Below, piece after piece: positions 9,240 to 17,405 of a DNA stretch of 64,000 nt. Both the position numbers and the translations under genes were made by a program. The notes under the pieces are model-generated. The model searched no databases. It was not told the DNA's origin and worked only from the letters and a program-made list of their open reading frames with translations. Every line of letters begins with the position of its first letter. Positions within the stretch are counted from its first letter, which is position 1. The stretch is from a virus (lineage: Duplodnaviria; Caudoviricetes), in IMG/VR virus record IMGVR_UViG_3300027804_002812, positions 224,001 through 288,000 of that record, one strand, 5' to 3'.

Positions 9240-9827
9240 TTAAATTATTTCCCAATCGATTTCACCGTATTGGTCGTATTCATCATTCTCATCGTGAGTG
9301 GAACCGTCAATATCTTCATGAAGTTTTCTATAAGCCTCACAAGAACTTCTTGCCATCACAGTATGAGTCCAAGTCTGAACGCAACTCCTTGATGCTTGAA
9401 TTGTATATTCTGTTTCCTCATTCTCTTCCCATCCTTCTTCATCCTCACAATCATCATCAACAACATTCTTAACATCCTCAGGAACTCTACCAAACTTATC
9501 GATTGATTCCATCAGACTATTGCGAAACGCAATCAAATCTTTCAAAGAATAAATCTTAAAGGAATAACTTGATGCGGGAGAACCATTAACCCCAATCTCA
9601 ACATATTCCTTTGTCCCATCAGATCCGTCCCAATGATAAATGGAAAGACCCGATGCATTATCGAATTCCAAAGTTGAATCATTAACATACAAATAATTCA
9701 AGTTCCAATTATCAGGATTGGAATCCTTCATTTCCTGATACTCTTTTTCCAAGTCTCTAATCTGAGACAATGCTTTGGAATACTTCTTCTCAAAAGACTT
9801 CTTCCATTTATCTGTAAATTCTGCCAT
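9240..9827 (-). CDS. Hypothetical acidic protein (no leader)
   Basis: Start likely MAEFTD at 9827; C-terminal domain resembles 22691..22939. Confidence 0.75.
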   Translation of the reverse strand: MAEFTDKWKKSFEKKYSKALSQIRDLEKEYQEMKDSNPDNWNLNYLYVNDSTLEFDNASGLSIYHWDGSDGTKEYVEIGVNGSPASSYSFKIYSLKDLIAFRNSLMESIDKFGRVPEDVKNVVDDDCEDEEGWEENEETEYTIQASRSCVQTWTHTVMARSSCEAYRKLHEDIDGSTHDENDEYDQYGEIDWEII

Positions 9828-9870
9828 AACAAATTTTTTTATAATGATAAACAAAATTTTTTAATAAAAA

Positions 9871-9895
9871 AACCCCTCCTTTATGGGGAGGGGTT
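9871..9895 (-). terminator. CCCCTCC variant of shared terminator
   Basis: AACCCCTCC-TTTATGG-GGAGGGGTT: compensatory A-T/T-A swap versus other copies. Confidence 0.8.
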
Positions 9896-9903
9896 ATATT
9901 ACA

Positions 9904-10581
9904 CTAATTTTTATCACTTAAGGCAACCCTGAGTTTATTTACATCTTCGTCCTCTTTTTTGGCATCGAAATAGTTTTTTGTAATATCATATCCAACACTA
10001 TATCCTACACCCACTCCCAAGTATTTTAATCCTGTTTTACCCAAATTTGCTAATGATGTTTTTATAGATGAAGATAATGGTTTTGATGCAGCTTGTTGAG
10101 CCAAAGTTTTGACGTGAGTGTCCAAAGAACTCTTAACAAAATCGGTTCCTTTTTTTATACCCTCAATGACGGCCAACTCTACTGAATCAGTAATTTTATC
10201 ACCTTTAGCTATTTTTTCAGCTAAGGCAGACATTCCTTTAACTCCTAGTTGTTTGATTGCAGGAATTCTATTTATAATAGCTAAAGCACCAGGCATCAAA
10301 GAAAATATTGCCACCAAACCTGCGGTTTTCGTGTCACCTTCTTTGTAATATAATGAGGCGTCCCCCAATCCGATTCCTGCTGATAAGAATGGACCAACGA
10401 AAGGTACAAAAGAACTTGCAAAGGCCAAAAGAGGTAAAAAGAAATGAGCATCTTTCACCATTAGTTCGCCCATCTTCATAATTGCCTCTGGTTTTTGGTA
10501 GTCATAACCACCTACAGGCCCTAAACCTATTGGTTGCTCAATGAGTAAATTATATTGACGTTCGGAAATAATATATTTCAT
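9904..10581 (-). CDS. Leader-tagged protein with hydrophobic Gly/Ala-rich helices (pre-toxin-TG-like)
   Basis: MKYIISERQY..LLIEQ leader; SFVPFVGPFLSAGIGLGDASLYYKEGD..AGL..IFSLMPG. Confidence 0.65.
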   Translation of the reverse strand: MKYIISERQYNLLIEQPIGLGPVGGYDYQKPEAIMKMGELMVKDAHFFLPLLAFASSFVPFVGPFLSAGIGLGDASLYYKEGDTKTAGLVAIFSLMPGALAIINRIPAIKQLGVKGMSALAEKIAKGDKITDSVELAVIEGIKKGTDFVKSSLDTHVKTLAQQAASKPLSSSIKTSLANLGKTGLKYLGVGVGYSVGYDITKNYFDAKKEDEDVNKLRVALSDKN

Positions 10582-10590
10582 GAAAAAAAA

Positions 10591-11283
10591 TTATTTAGTA
10601 ATAATATCCGCAATCGCGTCATCAAATTTTACAATAGCATCATCAAGATTCTGTTTGAAAATTTGAAATACCCTTTTGTTTCCCGGATCTAATTGTAAAG
10701 TTAAATCAAGATCACCTAATGATTTTCTAGCCCTCTTCAAAGCCAAATAGATATCGGCTAAATCTACAGCCTGTCCCTTCGGTGTTTGGAGTTTGTCAAG
10801 ATTTCTTGCCAAGTCATCTCCAACGTATTTGAGTCTAAGGAAAGCATTAGTTGCCACATCATTACCATAGGGTAATTTTGGTTGAGGTAAGGTAGACATA
10901 ATATTTTTGAAGTCTCTTAAGGCTACAACTACTTCATCTCTTACAGGAGACAAAAATCGAGTCAAAACATCTGACATTTTAAGCGTACCAAGTTTCGACA
11001 ATAATCTTGCGGTACTACCCGATGCCCCTGCCTTCACCAAACGAGAAATCATTTCGTCCGCAGTTTCTGGTTTTGGAGGAGCAATCCATGGCTTTGACGT
11101 AGTACCCATGGCTTTTTTAACAAGGTTTTTACCTCCTTGAACTAAACCTTTAGCCAATCCTGTAATTGCGGGAACAATTTGTTCGTTAACGTCTCCTTCG
11201 GTGATTACATTCTCAACCAATCTTTTTTCTAATCTTTGGTTGGCTTCTTGAATATGTCTGATTTTACTATAACTTCTATTCAT
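10591..11283 (-). CDS. Leader-tagged hypothetical protein
   Basis: Start revised to MNRSYSKIRHIQEANQRLEKRL at 11283. Confidence 0.8.
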   Translation of the reverse strand: MNRSYSKIRHIQEANQRLEKRLVENVITEGDVNEQIVPAITGLAKGLVQGGKNLVKKAMGTTSKPWIAPPKPETADEMISRLVKAGASGSTARLLSKLGTLKMSDVLTRFLSPVRDEVVVALRDFKNIMSTLPQPKLPYGNDVATNAFLRLKYVGDDLARNLDKLQTPKGQAVDLADIYLALKRARKSLGDLDLTLQLDPGNKRVFQIFKQNLDDAIVKFDDAIADIITK

Positions 11284-11322
11284 AACTTTGTATTTCCAAT
11301 AAATATCATACGGCACAAAAAA

Positions 11323-11344
11323 ACCCCACCTAAAAAGATGGGGT
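11323..11344 (-). terminator. CCCCACC-family terminator
   Basis: ACCCCA...TGGGGT with A-run. Confidence 0.7.
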
Positions 11345-11351
11345 AGGATAA

Positions 11352-11834
11352 TCAATCTCTTGGAATTCTAATCTTCTCAACTCCACGATTTTCTTTCATA
11401 AATCTAATATAATCATCAAGCAAAGATTTTACCTCTTCAAGAACACCAGCGTCTTTGGCAACAGCGAATAGATTAAAATAACGATTATTATCGTTGTGAA
11501 TTTCCAAATAGTTATTGTAAAGATTGAAAGCAAATTTACCAGTTCCGAATTTCTCTCTAATTTCGGGATTTTTAATCATAATCATACTAACATCCGATTG
11601 TCTATCAATATATCCCTGAAAAGTAGATTCCCCCTTGTTGCCAGTCACACACCACTTGGTGTCAGATCCATATTTACAAGACGCTGTAAATGTCAATGGA
11701 ACAACTTGTAAAAAATTTTCTGTATCCGATATAACAATTCTTTCATCTTTGGAAATCTTATATTTTGTCTCATCAATCACTCGTCTAACCAATCTTGTTA
11801 AATCTGACTCGGTTAATCTTACAACTTTTTTCAT
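11352..11834 (-). CDS. Leader-tagged PcfJ-related domain protein
   Basis: MKKVVRLTESDL leader; ASCKYGSDTKWCVT motif similar to 45751..47091. Confidence 0.6.
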   Translation of the reverse strand: MKKVVRLTESDLTRLVRRVIDETKYKISKDERIVISDTENFLQVVPLTFTASCKYGSDTKWCVTGNKGESTFQGYIDRQSDVSMIMIKNPEIREKFGTGKFAFNLYNNYLEIHNDNNRYFNLFAVAKDAGVLEEVKSLLDDYIRFMKENRGVEKIRIPRD

Positions 11835-11852
11835 AATGTATTTTCAGTTCAT

Positions 11853-12398
11853 TTATTGTAAAAGTTCATCAAAATCGTCCCTCATATTTTTTTGTCTTTC
11901 GATTTCGTCCAAGAAAAATTCATAAATGTAGGCATCAACCTCACCCAAATCCAATCCTGCGCAATCTGGGAATGCATCAGAATTTACGAGTTCCTCCAAA
12001 TAATTGATAAATCTCTCTCGACAATCCTCAGTATTTTCAGGAGTTTCATTGTTGTTCCACACGTAAAGATCCCCACCTTCGTGGTTGACATAATTTCCAT
12101 TTTCATCAAATTCAACCTCGGATTGTTCAAACATGAACTCTATGTAAGATCTAAGACATTCAAGTTCATCATCCATAAAATCTTCCGAATCTCCTGTCAC
12201 CGGAACTTTAGTCATCTCAACATCAGGATTATCCAATATAAATTTTTCGTCATCAGTTAAAGATTCAATCCCCTGAGAACTAATCTTATCCAAGATAGCG
12301 TCAATCATATCTTGATTCTTCAATCTTTTTGCCTCAGTAATCATTTTCTTAACCAATGATACCAACTCAGACTCTGTTAACCTTAAAACCTTTTTCAT
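11853..12398 (-). CDS. Leader-tagged acidic protein with DUF6576-like helix
   Basis: MKKVLRLTESEL leader; IDAILDKISSQGIESLTDDEKFIL. Confidence 0.7.
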   Translation of the reverse strand: MKKVLRLTESELVSLVKKMITEAKRLKNQDMIDAILDKISSQGIESLTDDEKFILDNPDVEMTKVPVTGDSEDFMDDELECLRSYIEFMFEQSEVEFDENGNYVNHEGGDLYVWNNNETPENTEDCRERFINYLEELVNSDAFPDCAGLDLGEVDAYIYEFFLDEIERQKNMRDDFDELLQ

Positions 12399-12420
12399 AT
12401 CAATAAATATTCAACATTCC

Positions 12421-12474
12421 AAAAAAGGGGTTGGGGATTAGAACGACCGAAGGGAGAAAGCGGATCCGAATACA
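12421..12474. repeat. Intergenic element copy 2
   Basis: GGGGTTGGGGATT-AGAA-CGACCGAAGGGAG-AAAGCGGATCCGAATACAAAT, near-identical to copy 1. Confidence 0.9.
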
Positions 12475-12483
12475 AATAAAAAT

Positions 12484-12503
12484 CCCCACCTAATAAGATG
12501 GGG
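12484..12503 (-). terminator. CCCCACC-family terminator
   Basis: CCCCA...TGGGG. Confidence 0.7.
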
Positions 12504-12512
12504 TTGGATAAT

Positions 12513-12878
12513 TCATATTATGTAATTATTGACATCCCCTCCATTTTTTTCTATAGAGTTGATTACTTGATAATATTTCTCATCACTCCAATCATTTTGA
12601 CTATCTTGTACATATGGAATACAATCGGGTAAAGGATGTTTGATTGCTTCCAATCTCCACGGATTTAATTCAATTTGTTCGTCAGTTAAGTTTTCAAGTG
12701 TAATTACACTACAATCACCTTCCCAATTTGGTTCAGCAACTCCACCTTGGCCATCACCAGGTTTTGTAACAAATATAATATTGTTGTCAACAAGTTTTTG
12801 GATATCAAAAGTCATACGAGAATTATCCATTCCCATCATTATCTCGTGTATTCTTTTTATGTTCTCTTGTAAGTTCAT
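12513..12878 (-). CDS. Leader-tagged hypothetical protein
   Basis: MNLQENIKRIHEIM leader. Confidence 0.8.
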   Translation of the reverse strand: MNLQENIKRIHEIMMGMDNSRMTFDIQKLVDNNIIFVTKPGDGQGGVAEPNWEGDCSVITLENLTDEQIELNPWRLEAIKHPLPDCIPYVQDSQNDWSDEKYYQVINSIEKNGGDVNNYII

Positions 12879-12906
12879 AATGTTTTTTGTTTATAGATAA
12901 ATAGTC

Positions 12907-12945
12907 AAAAAAGGGGTTGGGGATTGGAACGACCGAAGGGAGAAG
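12907..12945. repeat. Intergenic element copy 3
   Basis: GGGGTTGGGGATT-GGAA-CGACCGAAGGGAG. Confidence 0.9.
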
Positions 12946-12950
12946 ACGGA

Positions 12951-13592
12951 TTAGGATGGATGGGCAACCCAGCTCTTTCCTTTTATTTCAGGAATCTTTC
13001 CTTGCTCATATAATTTCATCAAGGCAATAAGACGATTCCATCCTTCGTTCCATTTATACATGCCATCAACCATTTCAACAACAAAAGGTTCATTGTCAGT
13101 CAAGGTTTCAACACCATCTTTTAATGCCCTTCTCATCTGAACTTCAATACGTTCCTTACCACCTTCAACGGATTCTTTGTAAGGAATGAATTTCATTGTT
13201 TCAGGATGAATTTGGTCAGGGGTAACAGAAATTGTTTCCAAACTTATTTTGGAAAACTTATTTTTGTATCTGTCAACCCTCTCTTCCATTGTGACAAATT
13301 CATCAGGACCAACTTGCATATTTTTTGGATCCAAATCTATAAAATAATGACTAGGATTATCCTTATTTGGGGGAAGAAGAGGAAACATCATTTCTTTAAT
13401 TGCCTCCACAGGAAAATCACTTTCTCCCGCAATACAAGAAAATATTTTTGAAAGTTCGTCCCTACCATATTTCTTCCCTGGCTCATAGTCAGATGGATAA
13501 CAATCCGTTTCTTCTTCAGGTTGAATGTCCTCATCCTCTTTTAGAATCCCCATCAACTCTTTAAGTCGATATATGTTTTCGTTTAAGTTCAT
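12951..13592 (-). CDS. Leader-tagged protein with ParB/Srx-like C-terminal domain
   Basis: MNLNENIYRLKELM leader; EPFVV...GMYKWNEGWNRLIAL resembles the ParB-like (D/E)GxHR motif. Confidence 0.55.
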   Translation of the reverse strand: MNLNENIYRLKELMGILKEDEDIQPEEETDCYPSDYEPGKKYGRDELSKIFSCIAGESDFPVEAIKEMMFPLLPPNKDNPSHYFIDLDPKNMQVGPDEFVTMEERVDRYKNKFSKISLETISVTPDQIHPETMKFIPYKESVEGGKERIEVQMRRALKDGVETLTDNEPFVVEMVDGMYKWNEGWNRLIALMKLYEQGKIPEIKGKSWVAHPS

Positions 13593-13613
13593 ATTCATAA
13601 ATATCAATTATTC

Positions 13614-13655
13614 AAAAAAAGGGGTTGGGGATTGGAACGACCGAAGGGAGAAAAC
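13614..13655. repeat. Intergenic element copy 4
   Basis: GGGGTTGGGGATT-GGAA-CGACCGAAGGGAG. Confidence 0.9.
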
Positions 13656-13670
13656 GAATCGACAGGTTAA

Positions 13671-14441
13671 TTACAAATAAAGAAGTTCTTTAATACGGAT
13701 GATTTCTTCTTGCAATTTTTCATCAACCAATGATACGTTGCCTATCACTTGTGTATCTTCAGGAAAATCCAACATAAGTTCAGGAATGTGTCCATCTCCG
13801 ATGAATGCAACTCCTCCGTTCATCAATTTATTCTTTAGATTCTCTCTCCTTAATTTAGTTCCTTGTTTGGCATAATGAGATAAACTCCCCTCGGGTCCAC
13901 CAGTTTTTACATCATAATTATCCCACATCAAACTCTCACCTTTTTTCAAAAAGTTAATTATATTTTCGGGTGTTGGTTCGGCAGATAATTCTTCTTCTGA
14001 GAAATTATTATCCAATAAAGTTTCGAAATCCGCGATGTTAGAGACAGATAAACTATTTTGTGTTGCAATTCCTTGATTGGCAGCATTTACAATCACATCT
14101 TTGACAGTATCTCCTTGTACACCAAGCAATTTATTCAATGTTTCTTTGTTTGCCTCAATATTCGAAAACATTACATAACCATTATAGAACCCCAAATCCA
14201 AATCATCGAATGTTCCGTTATTTTTTGCAGATATACCCAATGAGTTTAGGAAACTTCTTTCTCTCCCTTCACCACCTCCACAGTTGTCTTCTCCACAACC
14301 TTCGAAATAAAACCCATTCCCACCCGATTTTTTGATATATTCTATTAATTCGGGATTTGAAATGGTACCAACTGAAGGAGCATTATGGTCTGAAGGTATT
14401 ACCACACCATTTCCTAGTCTTATAATTTCAGTATAACTCAT
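13671..14441 (-). CDS. Hypothetical protein, possibly TIKI/TraB/ChaN-EreA superfamily, with the leader-like motif at its C-terminus
   Basis: GVVIPSDH, FYFEG, AFIGDGH motifs; ends KLQEEIIRIKELLYL. Confidence 0.5.
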   Translation of the reverse strand: MSYTEIIRLGNGVVIPSDHNAPSVGTISNPELIEYIKKSGGNGFYFEGCGEDNCGGGEGRERSFLNSLGISAKNNGTFDDLDLGFYNGYVMFSNIEANKETLNKLLGVQGDTVKDVIVNAANQGIATQNSLSVSNIADFETLLDNNFSEEELSAEPTPENIINFLKKGESLMWDNYDVKTGGPEGSLSHYAKQGTKLRRENLKNKLMNGGVAFIGDGHIPELMLDFPEDTQVIGNVSLVDEKLQEEIIRIKELLYL

Positions 14442-14477
14442 TGTATTATATTTTTACAACAATAAATATCTATCATC

Positions 14478-14542
14478 AAAAAAAGGGGTTGGGGATTAGA
14501 ACGACCGAAGGGAGAACGGGGCGGTATTCGAATATCCCCACC
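14478..14542. repeat. Intergenic element copy 5 with half terminator
   Basis: GGGGTTGGGGATT-AGAA-CGACCGAAGGGAG...ATCCCCACC. Confidence 0.85.
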
Positions 14543-14544
14543 TA

Positions 14545-14829
14545 TTAATTAACAAACATTTTCCCCAACTCTTCACCAAGTCCCTCCACCACAATGGGTT
14601 CACCGAACTTAACCTCATGGGAGATGTACTCATAGAGAGAATGCTCATTGCTCTGAGCCTCCACCATCTTGATAAGAGCATTTTTCAAATCCTCCTTATA
14701 AGCATACATCACCAAATCGGAATCAACAGGAAATGAAAAATCCACCCCACCCTTCGGCTTCCAATAAGGAATATTGGAACCAGAATAATTCTCGTAGTAT
14801 TGAGCGGAAACTAAAATAGAAATCATCAT
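14545..14829 (-). CDS. Hypothetical protein (host-RNAP promoter class)
   Basis: 94-aa ORF preceded by a TTTG-N19-TATCTTTG promoter. Confidence 0.7.
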   Translation of the reverse strand: MMISILVSAQYYENYSGSNIPYWKPKGGVDFSFPVDSDLVMYAYKEDLKNALIKMVEAQSNEHSLYEYISHEVKFGEPIVVEGLGEELGKMFVN

Positions 14830-14855
14830 ATCGTATAGAGGTTATCGTTGAAGTA

Positions 14856-14887
14856 CAAAGATACAATAATTTTCATACCACACAAAA
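14856..14887 (-). promoter_or_regulatory. Bacteroidota sigma70-type promoter (-33 TTTG / -7 TATCTTTG)
   Basis: Minus-strand TTTG then 19 nt then TATCTTTG, upstream of 14829. Confidence 0.7.
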
Positions 14888-14894
14888 TATTTTC

Positions 14895-14945
14895 AAAAAA
14901 AAGGGCTGGGGATTTCCACGAACGAAGTGAGAACGGACGGGGCGG
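14895..14945. repeat. Intergenic element copy 6 (covarying variant)
   Basis: GGGCTGGGGATT-TCCA-CGAACGAAGTGAG; stem CC/GG changed to AC/GT. Confidence 0.85.
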
Positions 14946-14957
14946 TATACAAATAAC

Positions 14958-15530
14958 TCACTTTACCAAATGAGGATATTTCTCCATCATTTTATTCACC
15001 TTTGTAATTGTATTAATACAAACCCCCAACTCTTCAGATATCCTATTATGCCTCCATCCCAACTTTTTTAATTCAACAATTTTCTTAATCTTTACTTTTT
15101 CAAAAAATAATTCAGGACTTTCACTTGTACCAACTTTTCTACCTGTATAAATTCCAAGTTCCTTTGCCCTTTTTATTCCCTTCATTCTCATCTCCTTAGA
15201 GTCTCTATTTATCACCAATTCCACAATCCCCAATAGATACTGCTGAATATAAAACGGTATAAACTTACACCTATATCCCTTCGAAATATTTTCCTTTAAT
15301 GGAAGAAATTGAATATTTCTCAAATCTGCAATATACTCAGGGGGTACGTTCAATCTATATCCAAATGAAACAGGAAACTTGTGGTCTATCGTCATTCCCT
15401 CAGGAACAATAATTCCTTTATAATTCAAATTTTGATTAGTATACCAATCAACCTTTCTTCTATAACTATTCATTGAAATTTCCATAACTAAAAAATAAAC
15501 AATACCACAAATTTTGTAAAATTTTTCCAA
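14958..15530 (-). CDS. HNH-like endonuclease fused to serine-resolvase-type arm and HTH
   Basis: TIDHKFPVS...NIQFLPLKENISKG (HNH); RMKGIKRAKELGIYTGRK...ISEELGVCINTITKV (resolvase arm + HTH). Start may be 15473. Confidence 0.6.
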   Translation of the reverse strand: MEKFYKICGIVYFLVMEISMNSYRRKVDWYTNQNLNYKGIIVPEGMTIDHKFPVSFGYRLNVPPEYIADLRNIQFLPLKENISKGYRCKFIPFYIQQYLLGIVELVINRDSKEMRMKGIKRAKELGIYTGRKVGTSESPELFFEKVKIKKIVELKKLGWRHNRISEELGVCINTITKVNKMMEKYPHLVK

Positions 15531-15591
15531 AAATTTTTTTTAACGTTGAAGGAGTATTTCCAAATAGGGGGTCAATGTTTAGAAAATAAAA

Positions 15592-15613
15592 AACCCCTCT
15601 GTTGGGAGGGGTT
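15592..15613 (-). terminator. CCCCTC variant terminator
   Basis: AACCCCTC...GAGGGGTT with A-run. Confidence 0.75.
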
Positions 15614-15617
15614 AATA

Positions 15618-15905
15618 TTAGTTCAACTTCTTTATGTATTGACCAACACCTGTACTCATGAATCCATTTTTCCTCAACTTACTTTTAATCCTAAGACCTG
15701 TATCCTTATCAAACCCATTCCATCCAAAATAACTTGGACTTTCCACATCCACCACAACATAACCCCCAATATATTTTACAGTCACACATTCAGAGTCCAT
15801 ATACTGTTTCAAATCATCAAGAATATCAATATCTCGGACTTCTTTAATCACCCCTCGTATAATCTTAATCAATTCAGATTCCGTAAGTCTTACAATTTTT
15901 TTCAT
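15618..15905 (-). CDS. Leader-tagged hypothetical protein
   Basis: Start revised to MKKIVRLTESEL at 15905, with TATTTAT just upstream. Confidence 0.8.
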   Translation of the reverse strand: MKKIVRLTESELIKIIRGVIKEVRDIDILDDLKQYMDSECVTVKYIGGYVVVDVESPSYFGWNGFDKDTGLRIKSKLRKNGFMSTGVGQYIKKLN

Positions 15906-15998
15906 ATTAATAAATACCCAAAAAAGGTCATTTTTTTCCCAAAAATTATTTTGCATAACATAGGGGATTATCCCCCCAAAACTGACATTCTGACAGGA

Positions 15999-16060
15999 GG
16001 GAAGGGGGGATACGGGGGGTAGGGGCCCCATATGGGGGGGTGGACCCCATGCCAGAGGGG
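15999..16060 (+). other. G-quadruplex-forming motif
   Basis: Six G-runs (G3, G6, G6, G4, G7, G4) within 62 nt of an AT-rich genome. Confidence 0.6.
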
Positions 16061-16100
16061 AGGTATTAGATATATTTATTTATCCCCCACCCCCTATGAG

Positions 16101-16163
16101 TTATCCACAACTTATCAATGTGGATAACTTGTGGAGGTAAACAGAATAATATATTGTGGATAA
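16101..16163. promoter_or_regulatory. DnaA-box cluster 1 (three perfect boxes)
   Basis: TTATCCACA 16101-16109; TGTGGATAA 16119-16127 and 16155-16163. Confidence 0.8.
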
Positions 16164-16352
16164 GTGGTATGACAGGCAGTCAGGAATAAAAACCACGTAG
16201 GGGTAACCAAAGAATGTTCTGTATACACAGTACAATTATATCTTGGAATCGTACGCACTACTTAACATAATCTAGATTATATAACATACTTCTATAACTC
16301 CCCCAACCTTTTATTGTATTATGTGGGGAATGTTTAGACACACCTTAAAAGT

Positions 16353-16787
16353 TTAGATAGTCATGAAAGGTTGTTGACCTTCCTTACGATTGATGTGCCA
16401 TGTCCCCACTTCAAGATTACGTCCCCTAATCTTAAACTCATCAGGAATGGCGGGGTTCTCAGTAACATCTTTGATTACAGACCTTATCCCATCACGGACT
16501 GACTTGTACTGTTCATACTCCATATCGTTAATAAGGTTGGGGTAAGACCAATCCAAATACTTCCCCTCATCAATCAACTCCTGAATCCATTCCTTCGTCT
16601 CAAAACCATAAGCCTCAGAAAACTCAGTGGGGTCGAACTCAAAGTTCAAAAAAATTGTTGTATAGAGATCCAAGTCCTCCTGTCTGACAAACACATCCTT
16701 AATCCATGGGTACTTCTTTTTTAATGCTCTCTTAATCAACTTGAAAACATATACGTTATAAATTTGTTCAGGTGTAATCTTCCCCAT
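16353..16787 (-). CDS. Hypothetical protein
   Basis: 144-aa ORF with TATTTAT upstream. Confidence 0.75.
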   Translation of the reverse strand: MGKITPEQIYNVYVFKLIKRALKKKYPWIKDVFVRQEDLDLYTTIFLNFEFDPTEFSEAYGFETKEWIQELIDEGKYLDWSYPNLINDMEYEQYKSVRDGIRSVIKDVTENPAIPDEFKIRGRNLEVGTWHINRKEGQQPFMTI

Positions 16788-16801
16788 GGTAATACTGTTT
16801 A

Positions 16802-17038
16802 TTATAAATACTCAGTCTTTATCATCTTTTGACATACCTCCACAATATCCTTGGGGAATATCTCATAGTCAGACACTTCGTACAACTTCTCAATCTTGGC
16901 ATCAACACAAACCCAAGCATCCATACTTAATGGTTTATTCGTAAACCCCCTCTTCGCTTTCTCAAAATACAGAGAACCAACCTCTTCCTCTTTGAAGGAG
17001 ATAATAAACCGTATTCTCCCCTCCTCTATCTTGTCCAT
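16802..17038 (-). CDS. Hypothetical protein
   Basis: Start revised to MDKIEEG at 17038 (TATTTATA at 17041-17048); the longer frame runs through DnaA boxes. Confidence 0.65.
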   Translation of the reverse strand: MDKIEEGRIRFIISFKEEEVGSLYFEKAKRGFTNKPLSMDAWVCVDAKIEKLYEVSDYEIFPKDIVEVCQKMIKTEYL

Positions 17039-17058
17039 CTTATAAATAAAATCTGTCA

Positions 17059-17162
17059 TGTGGATAAGTATACATTCGGAACATATAAAAATAAAGTTAT
17101 CCACACACTGACATTATGTCTGGCGGGGTCGTCATGTGGAAAACTTTTTCCATTGTGGATAA
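17059..17162. promoter_or_regulatory. DnaA-box cluster 2 (three perfect boxes, one 1-mismatch)
   Basis: TGTGGATAA 17059-17067 and 17154-17162; TTATCCACA 17097-17105; TGTGGAAAA 17135-17143. Confidence 0.8.
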
Positions 17163-17247
17163 CTATTATGACCAAAAAACTTGATTTTGTCAAAATGTCA
17201 GGGGAGCGTTACATGGGGGATAATCCCTTTGGGGATATTCGGTTCCC

Positions 17248-17271
17248 CCACTCTCTACCACATTCCCCCAC
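17248..17271 (-). promoter_or_regulatory. GTGG x3 array with 10-bp period (MraZ-box-like)
   Basis: CCAC at 17248, 17258, 17268; inverted partner GTGG at 17509 and 17519. Confidence 0.5.
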
Positions 17272-17405
17272 CATGAGTAGTGAATTTATGGCTGGTTATA
17301 GTGTAATGACCACTTTTTCCCCCCTGACGATAGCAGGAAGACCATTTTTTTACTATGTCTGTTTTCTAGCAAAAAAAGGATTAGTAAGTGAGACCCCGCG
17401 TGTAA

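Noticed and set aside
7952-14911. Telomere-like GGGGTT repeats
   Set aside because: Only 1.5 units occur per copy and they are internal; not a telomeric array.
7944-14945. CRISPR array or integron attC interpretation of the 40-bp repeats
   Set aside because: Copies are separated by whole genes (0.4-4.5 kb), not 30-40-nt spacers. No cas or integrase gene is in the window and no attC R-L boxes are visible.
15546-16031. 158-aa plus ORF and the 5' extension of the 15618 ORF
   Set aside because: One is antisense to a leader-tagged gene and the other crosses the G-run region; the real start is 15905.
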